Positions 1 through 7,428 of a DNA stretch of 64,000 nt are shown piece by piece (position 1 is the first letter of the stretch; every line of letters begins with the position of its first letter). The DNA is from a virus, in the IMG/VR virus record IMGVR_UViG_3300004369_000005, positions 1 through 64,000 of that record, one strand, 5' to 3'. A program made the translations under genes and the position numbers. Below the pieces are notes generated by a model. It ran no database searches, had not been told where the DNA came from, and saw nothing but the letters and a program-made list of their open reading frames with translations.

Positions 1-43
1 TCATACATCTCAGTCGTGAGACGATTGCCAAGCATCCATAGTT

Positions 44-196
44 TCATGATTTATGTTTCTTATCAAAAGGTTGCCAGTGTTGCCAGTTATATTTATGGAT
101 CGCCCATATACCAGCAATAGGAACTGCTATCAACAATATTCCTAGTATTCCAAGTCCTATGGGACTTTCCATTGTGTGTCGTATGAATAAAATCAT
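44..196 (-). CDS. small membrane protein, hypothetical (50 aa, MILFIRHTMESPIGLGILG...)
   Basis: Hand-translated ORF below the track cutoff; one hydrophobic segment; its stop overlaps the ATG of a next gene that runs off the window. Confidence 0.6.
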   Translation of the reverse strand: MILFIRHTMESPIGLGILGILLIAVPIAGIWAIHKYNWQHWQPFDKKHKS

Positions 197-257
197 TCTG
201 AAAATATCGATAGTATAAAAAGAAATACTCCAAAACTACACATGAAAATAAGAATGC

Positions 258-419
258 CTAGTTGGACTTCCATGTTTTCCAAGGGTCGCTATTGTTTATA
301 CATGAATTAGGATGAGCCCATTGTTTTTCATCTTTCATAGACAAAATATGTCTTAGTCTTCGAATCTCTTCTTTTAACCAGCGGTTTTCTTTTTTTAGTT
401 CTTCAATGTGCTGTTCCAT
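258..419 (-). CDS. hypothetical coiled-coil protein (likely start MEQHIEE)
   Basis: Track ORF 258..452; start moved to 419 because the upstream part overlaps ndhP. Confidence 0.5.
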   Translation of the reverse strand: MEQHIEELKKENRWLKEEIRRLRHILSMKDEKQWAHPNSCINNSDPWKTWKSN

Positions 420-534
420 TTCCTTTATAGTTTTCGGTATCATAGTATCCACCTTTCCTTGCTCCGAAGTAGAGTGTGGTTAAAACAAAAGGCACCGCCA
501 CAATTAGCAGTGCCCGTCCCAATAAATGCTCCAT
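403..534 (-). CDS. ndhP: NDH-1 subunit NdhP homolog (43 aa)
   Basis: Hand translation MEHLLGRALLIVAVPFVLTTLYFGARKGGYYDTENYKGNGTAH: one TM helix plus the NdhP C-terminal signature FG.x.G[FY]YD[ST]..Y.GNG[ST]AH. Confidence 0.88.
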   Translation of the reverse strand: MEHLLGRALLIVAVPFVLTTLYFGARKGGYYDTENYKGNGTAH

Positions 535-640
535 GTTTTTTTATTTGGAATGTGTGAAATGACTGAAGTTAATACGAACCATTCGGATGCTGTAGAATAA
601 ACTACATACTTGATATCGTTTACTGTAACGATATACTTCC

Positions 641-754
641 TCATGGATTATGGTTTTTGTTTTCTTTAATTTTTTGATATCCCCATACAGCGAGGGTGCC
701 GATACCTAGACCAGCAAGACAACAGAGTAACATATGCCAAAAGTGATGGGTCAT
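641..754 (-). CDS. small membrane protein, hypothetical (37 aa)
   Basis: Hand-translated MTHHFWHMLLCCLAGLGIGTLAVWGYQKIKENKNHNP; ATGA overlap with the petE stop. Confidence 0.55.
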   Translation of the reverse strand: MTHHFWHMLLCCLAGLGIGTLAVWGYQKIKENKNHNP

Positions 755-1074
755 GAGACGTGAATAGTTCCGATCATTCCAGCCCCCTTGTGGGGACCAC
801 ACCAGTAAGTATAATCTCCTGCCTCTGGGAATGTCAACTCAAAGTCCTCGCCTGGTAACATAGCGAGACCTTCGTGTGAGAGTTCTGGGTGATCCTCTAC
901 CACTACGTTGTGGGGAGGAAGCATGTTGTTGATGAAGTGGACTGATTCGCCAGCAGAGATGGATACCTCGGTAGGTTCAAAGACTAGGTTGCCATTGGCA
1001 CCCATCATGACATCTACAGCCCAAGCAGGTGTAGCAAGAAAAAGTGTAGCAAGTAGTGCAAATAGGAATTTCAT
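751..1074 (-). CDS. petE: plastocyanin
   Basis: Signal peptide, PHNVV motif and YWCGPHKGAGM type-1 copper ligands. Confidence 0.97.
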   Translation of the reverse strand: MKFLFALLATLFLATPAWAVDVMMGANGNLVFEPTEVSISAGESVHFINNMLPPHNVVVEDHPELSHEGLAMLPGEDFELTFPEAGDYTYWCGPHKGAGMIGTIHVS

Positions 1075-1226
1075 TCTTTTACCGAATACTGATCTTGATA
1101 AGTTTTGAGCTTATTAATCAGATCATCATATTGTTCCCACATGTATTCACTACCTGTCTTCTCTTGGTAGAGTTGACAAGCAATGATTAGACGTGTGATA
1201 TCAGTGTCATTGAGACGCATTTTCAT
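1071..1226 (-). CDS. hypothetical cyanophage protein (51 aa)
   Basis: Hand-translated MKMRLNDTDITRLIIACQLYQEKTGSEYMWEQYDDL...; stop overlaps the petE start. Confidence 0.65.
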   Translation of the reverse strand: MKMRLNDTDITRLIIACQLYQEKTGSEYMWEQYDDLINKLKTYQDQYSVKE

Positions 1227-1302
1227 ATCAAAACTCACTTACTAATTATAGGTTCACTAAGTAATAATTCACATTCTTTACAATGTTTTCACAGTTGTGT
1301 TA

Positions 1303-1473
1303 TCATTTCTTGACTGACTTGATGGGGACAGCGAAACGATCCCATGCCTTCTCCCCATAAGAACACTCATCTCTAGTCTCTGGTTTCTGACAGAGCCTAC
1401 AAAACTTTTTCTCTTCTTTCTCTTTCTTCTTTGCTTCTTCAGCGAGATGCTTGATCTCCTTATATGCTCTCAT
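1303..1473 (-). CDS. hypothetical protein with CxxC motif (56 aa)
   Basis: Hand-translated MRAYKEIKHLAEEAKKKEKEEKKFCRLCQKPETRDECSYG... Confidence 0.6.
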   Translation of the reverse strand: MRAYKEIKHLAEEAKKKEKEEKKFCRLCQKPETRDECSYGEKAWDRFAVPIKSVKK

Positions 1474-1501
1474 GATAAACGCTGAGGGTTTACCAAATTA
1501 T

Positions 1502-1771
1502 TTATCCAAAATGAGATACTGAGGTAGCATAGAGATCAGTAACCGCTGCTTCTGTCTCTAGAGTATCAGTTGGTTCCTTCTCAATTACAAGTGGTCTGTG
1601 TGGTGCGACATAGAGACTACCTAGTGTTGTACCACCAGCATTCTTGAGTGTAACTAGGTGAGCGTTACCACCAGCATGGTTGTGCTGTAATAGAATTCTT
1701 GTGCCTAGATCAATGTTCTGACCTGTAGTTGTGAGAGCAGTTGCCTCTCCTAATAGTTTTACTACGTTCAT
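1502..1771 (-). CDS. hypothetical protein
   Basis: ORF track; translationally coupled to gp16. Confidence 0.75.
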   Translation of the reverse strand: MNVVKLLGEATALTTTGQNIDLGTRILLQHNHAGGNAHLVTLKNAGGTTLGSLYVAPHRPLVIEKEPTDTLETEAAVTDLYATSVSHFG

Positions 1772-2169
1772 CGTTTGTTACCGTTCATTTGTTTTAGCAT
1801 CTTCTGTAGTTCCGCAGTGCTACCGACAAACATAGCGTTGTTGGTGACCTTGGTTGGACCTTTCTTTTCCTCATCAAGATCCTTCATCTTCTTATGTAGG
1901 TCTTGGAGTTTCTCAGTCATGTCTGCAACGTGCTTCATTGCCGCTACAGCGACTTCATACGCTCTAGGGTGCCCTGACTCCTGAGCGACCTCTAGAGCGC
2001 CTCTGACCGCCTCCTGACCCTGATCTATGAGGCTGTATAGTTCGCCTCTGGTATATTCATAGTCTTTCTGGCGATCGTCATCAGTTTTATCAACCTTTAC
2101 TGGTGATTTTTCTTCCACAGGTTCAGCACTGATATTGAGGATCTCCTCCATGTTCTCTTCTAGGCTCAT
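1768..2169 (-). CDS. gp16: terminase small subunit (T4 gp16)
   Basis: DYEYTRGELY, HPRAYEV and NNAMFVGSTAELQK motifs; position after gp15. Confidence 0.93.
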   Translation of the reverse strand: MSLEENMEEILNISAEPVEEKSPVKVDKTDDDRQKDYEYTRGELYSLIDQGQEAVRGALEVAQESGHPRAYEVAVAAMKHVADMTEKLQDLHKKMKDLDEEKKGPTKVTNNAMFVGSTAELQKMLKQMNGNKR

Positions 2170-2966
2170 AAGAATTCAATTCCTTCATTAAATCCAAAGT
2201 CATCACTGGCTTCAACTAGAACATCATCGAGAACATCGACAACTCCATCTTCATTGATATCTGTTTTTGCTTTGGGTGTGTAAGTTCTTGTAATGGTTCT
2301 ACGATTAACAGCAGCATCCCCGATAGTCTCGTGAATAATTGCTTTCCTAATAACATCGGAAGTGTTATATGGACCGTAGAGATAAGATCTCATTGTAAAA
2401 TTTAATGTATATGCAATATACCTACGCTGCATAAAACTATCATCCCACTCATCTTCGCTGCTGATGTTGTTTAAAACAATAGCGACATCTCTTTTTTCAT
2501 CCATGTCTGGAATCATATTAAGAGTTACTGAGAATGATGGTTGAAAGTATGGTAAAATTTGCTCTACAATTTGTAGTGCATCGTCCTGAGACTTAGCAAT
2601 AACTCCTAATTCAAAACTCAGATTATAAGGAACAGGAACATACTGAACTCTGACCTCATTACCATTATCAGCAATAATGGTTTTGTATTTTTGAATTGGT
2701 GATGTCTTACGGGAAGAATCGTAATCAATTCCTGTCATCTCGAAATAGAGACGTGGCAATGTGATAGATACTTTTGATGATGAAGCATTCTCTTCCAAAC
2801 GAACAAGAAACTTCTGCTTGGGTCCGTATGCTAAAGGAACCTTTTGCTCCTCTAAAACTTCACCACTGCTAGGATCAGTGCTCTTCATTGTAATATTATT
2901 GAAGAGCGTACCAAACGCAATAATGTTCTTACGAACAATTTGATTGTAAAAATGTGATCCTAACAT
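2166..2966 (-). CDS. gp15: tail sheath stabilizer/completion protein (T4 gp15)
   Basis: FGTLFNNI, KVPLAYGPKQKF, EQILPYFQP motifs; synteny. Confidence 0.95.
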   Translation of the reverse strand: MLGSHFYNQIVRKNIIAFGTLFNNITMKSTDPSSGEVLEEQKVPLAYGPKQKFLVRLEENASSSKVSITLPRLYFEMTGIDYDSSRKTSPIQKYKTIIADNGNEVRVQYVPVPYNLSFELGVIAKSQDDALQIVEQILPYFQPSFSVTLNMIPDMDEKRDVAIVLNNISSEDEWDDSFMQRRYIAYTLNFTMRSYLYGPYNTSDVIRKAIIHETIGDAAVNRRTITRTYTPKAKTDINEDGVVDVLDDVLVEASDDFGFNEGIEFL

Positions 2967-4087
2967 TAGATACTACCCGTAAAATTACCAGCTTCACCAA
3001 AAGGATTTCTTTCCGTCCAATCAATGATGTCATCAGCTTCATTTTCGATCTGTCTATTTTGATCGTAGTTGCTGTTCGTATTATTTAGAGTGTCAAATGT
3101 CTCAGGACTCCACTTAGCACCTGAAGTTAGACCAGTTATAGTCTCAGCAGTTGTAAAAGTTCCTGTTCTGTTTACTACTTCAAGAGCTCTGGTTGCGCTA
3201 TCCCAGGACTTGACTTCTGCTCTATTGTCCTTAGGTGAGTAGTCAATAGTAACAGTAGGAGGAGTTGTATACCCACTACCCCCGTTAGTAACAAGGACGT
3301 TAGTAACAAGACCAGTCGAGCTAACCGTTGCAGTGGCTGTTGCTCCATTTCCATCTCCTGTAATAGTTACTGATGGTGGAAGAGCAGCATTGTAGTGCAA
3401 TCCACTATCGCTAATAGTTATACCATCGACAGAATCTCCACTTAATGTTGCTACTGCTTTAGCGTGGAATTCATCTCCAACAACTTCCTCACCTACAGTA
3501 AAGTCTCCTGTACCACCAGGGTCCATAAAGAGTTTAATGCTATTAGCAAATGTTGTTTCGATATCATCAATTTCTTCGATGCCAGTATCAAAGTCATCAC
3601 TACCGAGTTCATAGATCTCAGCGGTGATAGCATAGAACTGGATCTTACCAAACTGGAAGAATGGTTCTTCCTTACCAACAAACTTGATTTCGTAGATATC
3701 TTGTGTCAACGGGAAATACAATAAGTCTCCCTCATTGGGTCTACTAGTAACAGTGAGATTAGGACTATGCTCTGCCACTTCTTCATCCCAGCGTCTTGTA
3801 GACACGCGGAAGATAATCTCATCTGTAATTCTCAAACCAAACTTACTGATGAACTCTGCATTGTCACCAAAACCCATGACGTTCTGTAGCAGCATTTCTA
3901 TCTGGAATTGTTCTTGATACTTGGAGTATCTAACTTCATCCAGTGTACTGTCTTGCAGAACTATCCTAGGGATATAGTATACATCTGAACCAAACAGTTT
4001 GATTTGCTCGTCCACCAGATCCTGTACGAGATTCTGTTCGCCACTGTGACCTTGGTAGTATGTTGGAAAGTAGGGACTTGTAGGCAT
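2966..4087 (-). CDS. gp14: neck protein (T4 gp14)
   Basis: EQIKLFGSDVYYIPR, SKFGL, RPNEGDLLYFP, PFFQFGK motifs. Confidence 0.95.
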   Translation of the reverse strand: MPTSPYFPTYYQGHSGEQNLVQDLVDEQIKLFGSDVYYIPRIVLQDSTLDEVRYSKYQEQFQIEMLLQNVMGFGDNAEFISKFGLRITDEIIFRVSTRRWDEEVAEHSPNLTVTSRPNEGDLLYFPLTQDIYEIKFVGKEEPFFQFGKIQFYAITAEIYELGSDDFDTGIEEIDDIETTFANSIKLFMDPGGTGDFTVGEEVVGDEFHAKAVATLSGDSVDGITISDSGLHYNAALPPSVTITGDGNGATATATVSSTGLVTNVLVTNGGSGYTTPPTVTIDYSPKDNRAEVKSWDSATRALEVVNRTGTFTTAETITGLTSGAKWSPETFDTLNNTNSNYDQNRQIENEADDIIDWTERNPFGEAGNFTGSI

Positions 4088-4088
4088 C

Positions 4089-4889
4089 TTATCCGATCAT
4101 ATCCATTGGTGGGATTGCATACTTGCTGAGAACTTCGCTTTCGATTTTCTCAATTTCTGCTAGTGCGTCTGTGTAGATTTCTCTACCGTTAAGAGTAACA
4201 CCGCCAGGTAACTGGACGTTGTTATATTTAATTAAATTTGTACCCCACTGCTTCTTCATGAGAGCAGTAGCATACTTTTTGACAAACATATCATTATACA
4301 TTTCAGTCGCATCATTAGGATCAATCATACGATGACACTCAATCAGGATGTTAGATCCATTCTTGAGAAAGTCTTTATCAAGATCCATATAGAGACGATC
4401 ACGACGTGCTGTGTATCTGAACTGCTGGAATGATCCATTATTCAGAACCATATCTAAAGTTTCTAGATATTGTTTAGTCATATAATAGTTGAGGATATCA
4501 AGTGATCCGAATGCATATAGATCATTCAAGAATAATTGATACTCAACGCCAAATAGATTGGAACGGATTGAGTTGCTGACAAGACCAAATACTCTTGTGA
4601 TACCAGTTACATGTGATGGAATTGGAATGTAGTTAGTCGCTTCATTCCAATCGGTTGTACCATTACTAGTTGTTACACTAGCAGCAAACCTTGCTTTATC
4701 GTCAGCAGTAATTTCGTGGTATAAGTAAGCACGCTCCATACCATTGTAGCAGTTCTCTTGGAAGAACTGAATGGTATCATCAATAACGTTGTTGACCTGC
4801 TCGTCATCGATATTGACTTGCAGTACAGGCTCACCCAACTGCCTCTTACAGTATGTTATAAGATCAGCCCTTGAGTTTGGAGATGCCAT
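4089..4889 (-). CDS. gp13: neck protein (T4 gp13)
   Basis: LGEPVLQVNIDDEQ and KKQWGTNLIKYNNVQLPGGVTLNG motifs; ATG at 4889 preferred over the GTG at 4898. Confidence 0.95.
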   Translation of the reverse strand: MASPNSRADLITYCKRQLGEPVLQVNIDDEQVNNVIDDTIQFFQENCYNGMERAYLYHEITADDKARFAASVTTSNGTTDWNEATNYIPIPSHVTGITRVFGLVSNSIRSNLFGVEYQLFLNDLYAFGSLDILNYYMTKQYLETLDMVLNNGSFQQFRYTARRDRLYMDLDKDFLKNGSNILIECHRMIDPNDATEMYNDMFVKKYATALMKKQWGTNLIKYNNVQLPGGVTLNGREIYTDALAEIEKIESEVLSKYAIPPMDMIG

Positions 4890-4896
4890 TACACAC

Positions 4897-4934
4897 AAAA
4901 AATCCCTTCTTACCTATTTAGGAAGAAGGGATTT
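4897..4934 (-). terminator. intrinsic terminator hairpin with a TAAATA late-promoter core in its loop
   Basis: Minus strand AAATCCCTTCTT-CCTAAATAGGT-AAGAAGGGATTT-TTT; 12-bp perfect stem running into a T tract. Confidence 0.7.
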
Positions 4935-4939
4935 AGTAT

Positions 4940-5140
4940 TTATTCAGCGGGTGTTTGCTCTGCTGGTTCTTCCTCACCTGCTAAGAGACCGATAGTCTCC
5001 AGTCCGCCAATGAGTTTTAGTTTGTATTCTTTTGCTTTGTCTAGATTTTTTTCTAGTTCTGCAATTTGCTTGTCTGTATCAGCAATTTGTCTTTCAAAAT
5101 TTTCTTTTAACTGTGCTGGGTCCATTGCCATTTTTATCAC
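4940..5140 (-). CDS. hypothetical coiled-coil protein
   Basis: ORF track; TAAATA upstream at ~5160. Confidence 0.75.
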   Translation of the reverse strand: MIKMAMDPAQLKENFERQIADTDKQIAELEKNLDKAKEYKLKLIGGLETIGLLAGEEEPAEQTPAE

Positions 5141-5193
5141 CTGAGAATAGTGTGTGTATTATTTAGTGGGTAAATGTAAATCAATATTATAAT

Positions 5194-5376
5194 CTACCAT
5201 TTACCTAGGGGGCATGACATATGTTTAAATTTAGTTTTGATAGGCATAAAGCACATGCACTTTTTGCATTGCTTTGAGGGTTTGATGAATTTGTCGCAGG
5301 ACTTACAGATATCCATTCTATCTGCTCTAACGTCCTCGTCAACCATAAATCCCTCTTCAAAAGGATTGGGAAGCAT
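5194..5376 (-). CDS. small Cys-rich protein (DUF6171-like)
   Basis: CKSC...CKKCMC...CPLGKW pattern. Confidence 0.7.
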   Translation of the reverse strand: MLPNPFEEGFMVDEDVRADRMDICKSCDKFIKPSKQCKKCMCFMPIKTKFKHMSCPLGKW

Positions 5377-5381
5377 AAAAT

Positions 5382-6536
5382 TTACTCACTCAACCATGTC
5401 ATTCTAACATATCCAGCACCACCATATCCACCTTCACTGCCAGTGTTACCACCTGCAGTAGCAGAAGTGTTTCCAGTAGAAGCGTTATATGATCCACCAC
5501 CTCCACCGTGTGTGCTATATGAAGACCACTGACCTGCAGTACAACCGCCAGTGTATCCGCCCCCGCCACCAGGACCAGAGAGCTGACCTCCGCCACCTCC
5601 TCCAAATCCACCAGAGTTTGCAAGACCACCTGTTGTATAACAAGTGTTTCCTGTTCCTCCTTTCAATCCGTTAACAAATGCTTTTCCGCCAATTGCAGTA
5701 GCACAGTGAGTGCCGCCATTAGCACCATCACTTAGATATCCACCACCTGCAGCGCCGTAGTGAGTACCACCAGCAGCATTTCCTCCTTCACCGACAGAAG
5801 GAGCTGATACAGCTGTATAACAAGTAAAACCTTGAACGCCCTGGGTAATTTGTCCTCTAGCAATATTAACGTCTCTAGTACATGAAGTTCCCCATGTGTT
5901 GCTAGCAGAACCACCTGCTGCACCAGCACACATCAATAGAGTTTCATTTGTTTCATCATAAATCCAAGTTGCTCCACCACCACCTGCTTCATTGCCGTGT
6001 GGAGATGAATAATCTCCACCACCAGATCCAACAGCAAATGAAATTCTGGTATCTTTTGTGATGTAGAATTCGCCAGAAATTTTTGCACCGTAAATATCAG
6101 TTACTCCTCTGTTCTGACATTTACCACCTCTTGCGCCACCAACTTCAAACTCATAAAGTCCATCTTTTGGTATAGCAACTGTTTGGAATCCTTGTCTCGC
6201 CTGATAAAAGAATCTAACGTTACCAGCAGCAGGAGTCTGGAATATGTATTCATTTTGTATGTCCGTTAATGCAGGACCTTCGTTAGCTCCCTTATCTACA
6301 ATGGGTTTGAAGAGGAATTCGTTGTCGTCTCCAAGACTCCAAAGGTCGTTACCAGTACCAATATTAGTTACCGCCCAGTTGTCAAATGGACCTCTAATTT
6401 GTAGATAATTAATATCAGAATTATATACAATCATTCCTGCTTCTAAATCAGTCAGAGCATCAATCTCTGCCTGGGTTAAAACTGGAAATTTAAGAGGACC
6501 AGTTAGATTAACTGTTTCTACTGTAATCGAAGACAT
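5382..6536 (-). CDS. glycine-rich fibre-tip/adhesin-like protein (ALK/LTK-like Gly-rich domain)
   Basis: GGARGG, GGGGAT, GGFGGGGG, GGGGGYTGG, GGGGGSYN runs; N-terminal LTQAEIDAL..AGMIVYNSD fibre motif. Confidence 0.7.
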   Translation of the reverse strand: MSSITVETVNLTGPLKFPVLTQAEIDALTDLEAGMIVYNSDINYLQIRGPFDNWAVTNIGTGNDLWSLGDDNEFLFKPIVDKGANEGPALTDIQNEYIFQTPAAGNVRFFYQARQGFQTVAIPKDGLYEFEVGGARGGKCQNRGVTDIYGAKISGEFYITKDTRISFAVGSGGGDYSSPHGNEAGGGGATWIYDETNETLLMCAGAAGGSASNTWGTSCTRDVNIARGQITQGVQGFTCYTAVSAPSVGEGGNAAGGTHYGAAGGGYLSDGANGGTHCATAIGGKAFVNGLKGGTGNTCYTTGGLANSGGFGGGGGGQLSGPGGGGGYTGGCTAGQWSSYSTHGGGGGSYNASTGNTSATAGGNTGSEGGYGGAGYVRMTWLSE

Positions 6537-6563
6537 TTTGTATCAAGCTTAGTTTACTGGTTT

Positions 6564-7151
6564 TTAGTATTTAGGAACTTCGACGGTATCATTACCATCA
6601 TTTACTCTATCGGGAAGTTCTAGTGCCAACCTAGGATCTGGTTCATCTACTAGCAAAATCCAACGCTTTCCTTCTTCGTCCCACTCAACACCATCCTTTA
6701 CTCTATCATCTTTATAATAATTATCTGGCAGCGGAAGAGGAGCAAACCATTCCATTCCATTCCACATCCATGATGGATATGGTTGTTGTGGCATTGGAAC
6801 AGTAACATCTTCTCTGTGTAGAGTTTCGATAGAAGACTCGGAAGATGTAAATTCGAATACATAATCATCGAATACATCTACCATGAAATCATAATTTTCT
6901 AAAATTTGATTACCACCATTGGTTTTATATTCTTTTTTACCAATAGGGTATCTTCTCTTCAGAAGTAGATCACCAGATTCTTTATTGGTAATCTTAATCC
7001 CAAAAGAAAGTTTATTGAAGTTAATCTCATTCATTCCTTCACGAACGAAACCAATAGAAATTGTCAATTCTCTAACGGGTTTCATATCTTTTCTAACTTC
7101 CCACTTGCCTGTGGTTAAGTTATGAATAGCAACAATTCTACTTCTTTCCAT
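6564..7151 (-). CDS. hypothetical protein with PxPYPSWxW...W.AP.P.P motif (possible fibre-associated protein)
   Basis: ORF track; motif familiar from phage tail-region proteins. Confidence 0.65.
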   Translation of the reverse strand: MERSRIVAIHNLTTGKWEVRKDMKPVRELTISIGFVREGMNEINFNKLSFGIKITNKESGDLLLKRRYPIGKKEYKTNGGNQILENYDFMVDVFDDYVFEFTSSESSIETLHREDVTVPMPQQPYPSWMWNGMEWFAPLPLPDNYYKDDRVKDGVEWDEEGKRWILLVDEPDPRLALELPDRVNDGNDTVEVPKY

Positions 7152-7171
7152 GATTGTATCCTAGTGTTTAT

Positions 7172-7396
7172 TTACGCTACTGAAGTAACTTCGGTCCATT
7201 CAACTCCATCATAAAACTCCCATGCACCATTACCTCCTTGAAGATCTGTATTCCAAATAATCACACCTTTTTTTGTCTGATCGGGATTAGTATTTCCGTA
7301 TGGGAGTGCGTCTCTAGCAGCAGTGTCAAATAGAGTTGTTTTCAAAGACTTTGTAATTTCAATGTTATCGCAATTTAATCGAGATCCTACAGACAT
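7172..7396 (-). CDS. small fibre-associated hypothetical protein
   Basis: TAARDAL...GVIIWNTD...EFYDGVEW fibre-type motif. Confidence 0.65.
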   Translation of the reverse strand: MSVGSRLNCDNIEITKSLKTTLFDTAARDALPYGNTNPDQTKKGVIIWNTDLQGGNGAWEFYDGVEWTEVTSVA

Positions 7397-7418
7397 TGTA
7401 TTTACGAACAGATATAGT

Positions 7419-7426
7419 TATTTATA
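7419..7426 (-). promoter_or_regulatory. T4-type late promoter TATAAATA
   Basis: Exact TATTTATA on + strand, intergenic, 23 nt upstream of the 7396 start. Confidence 0.8.
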
Positions 7427-7428
7427 GT

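Noticed and set aside
1-47. Start of an ORF (MKLWMLGNRLTTEMY) leaving the window
   Set aside because: Only 15 codons are visible, too little to assign a product
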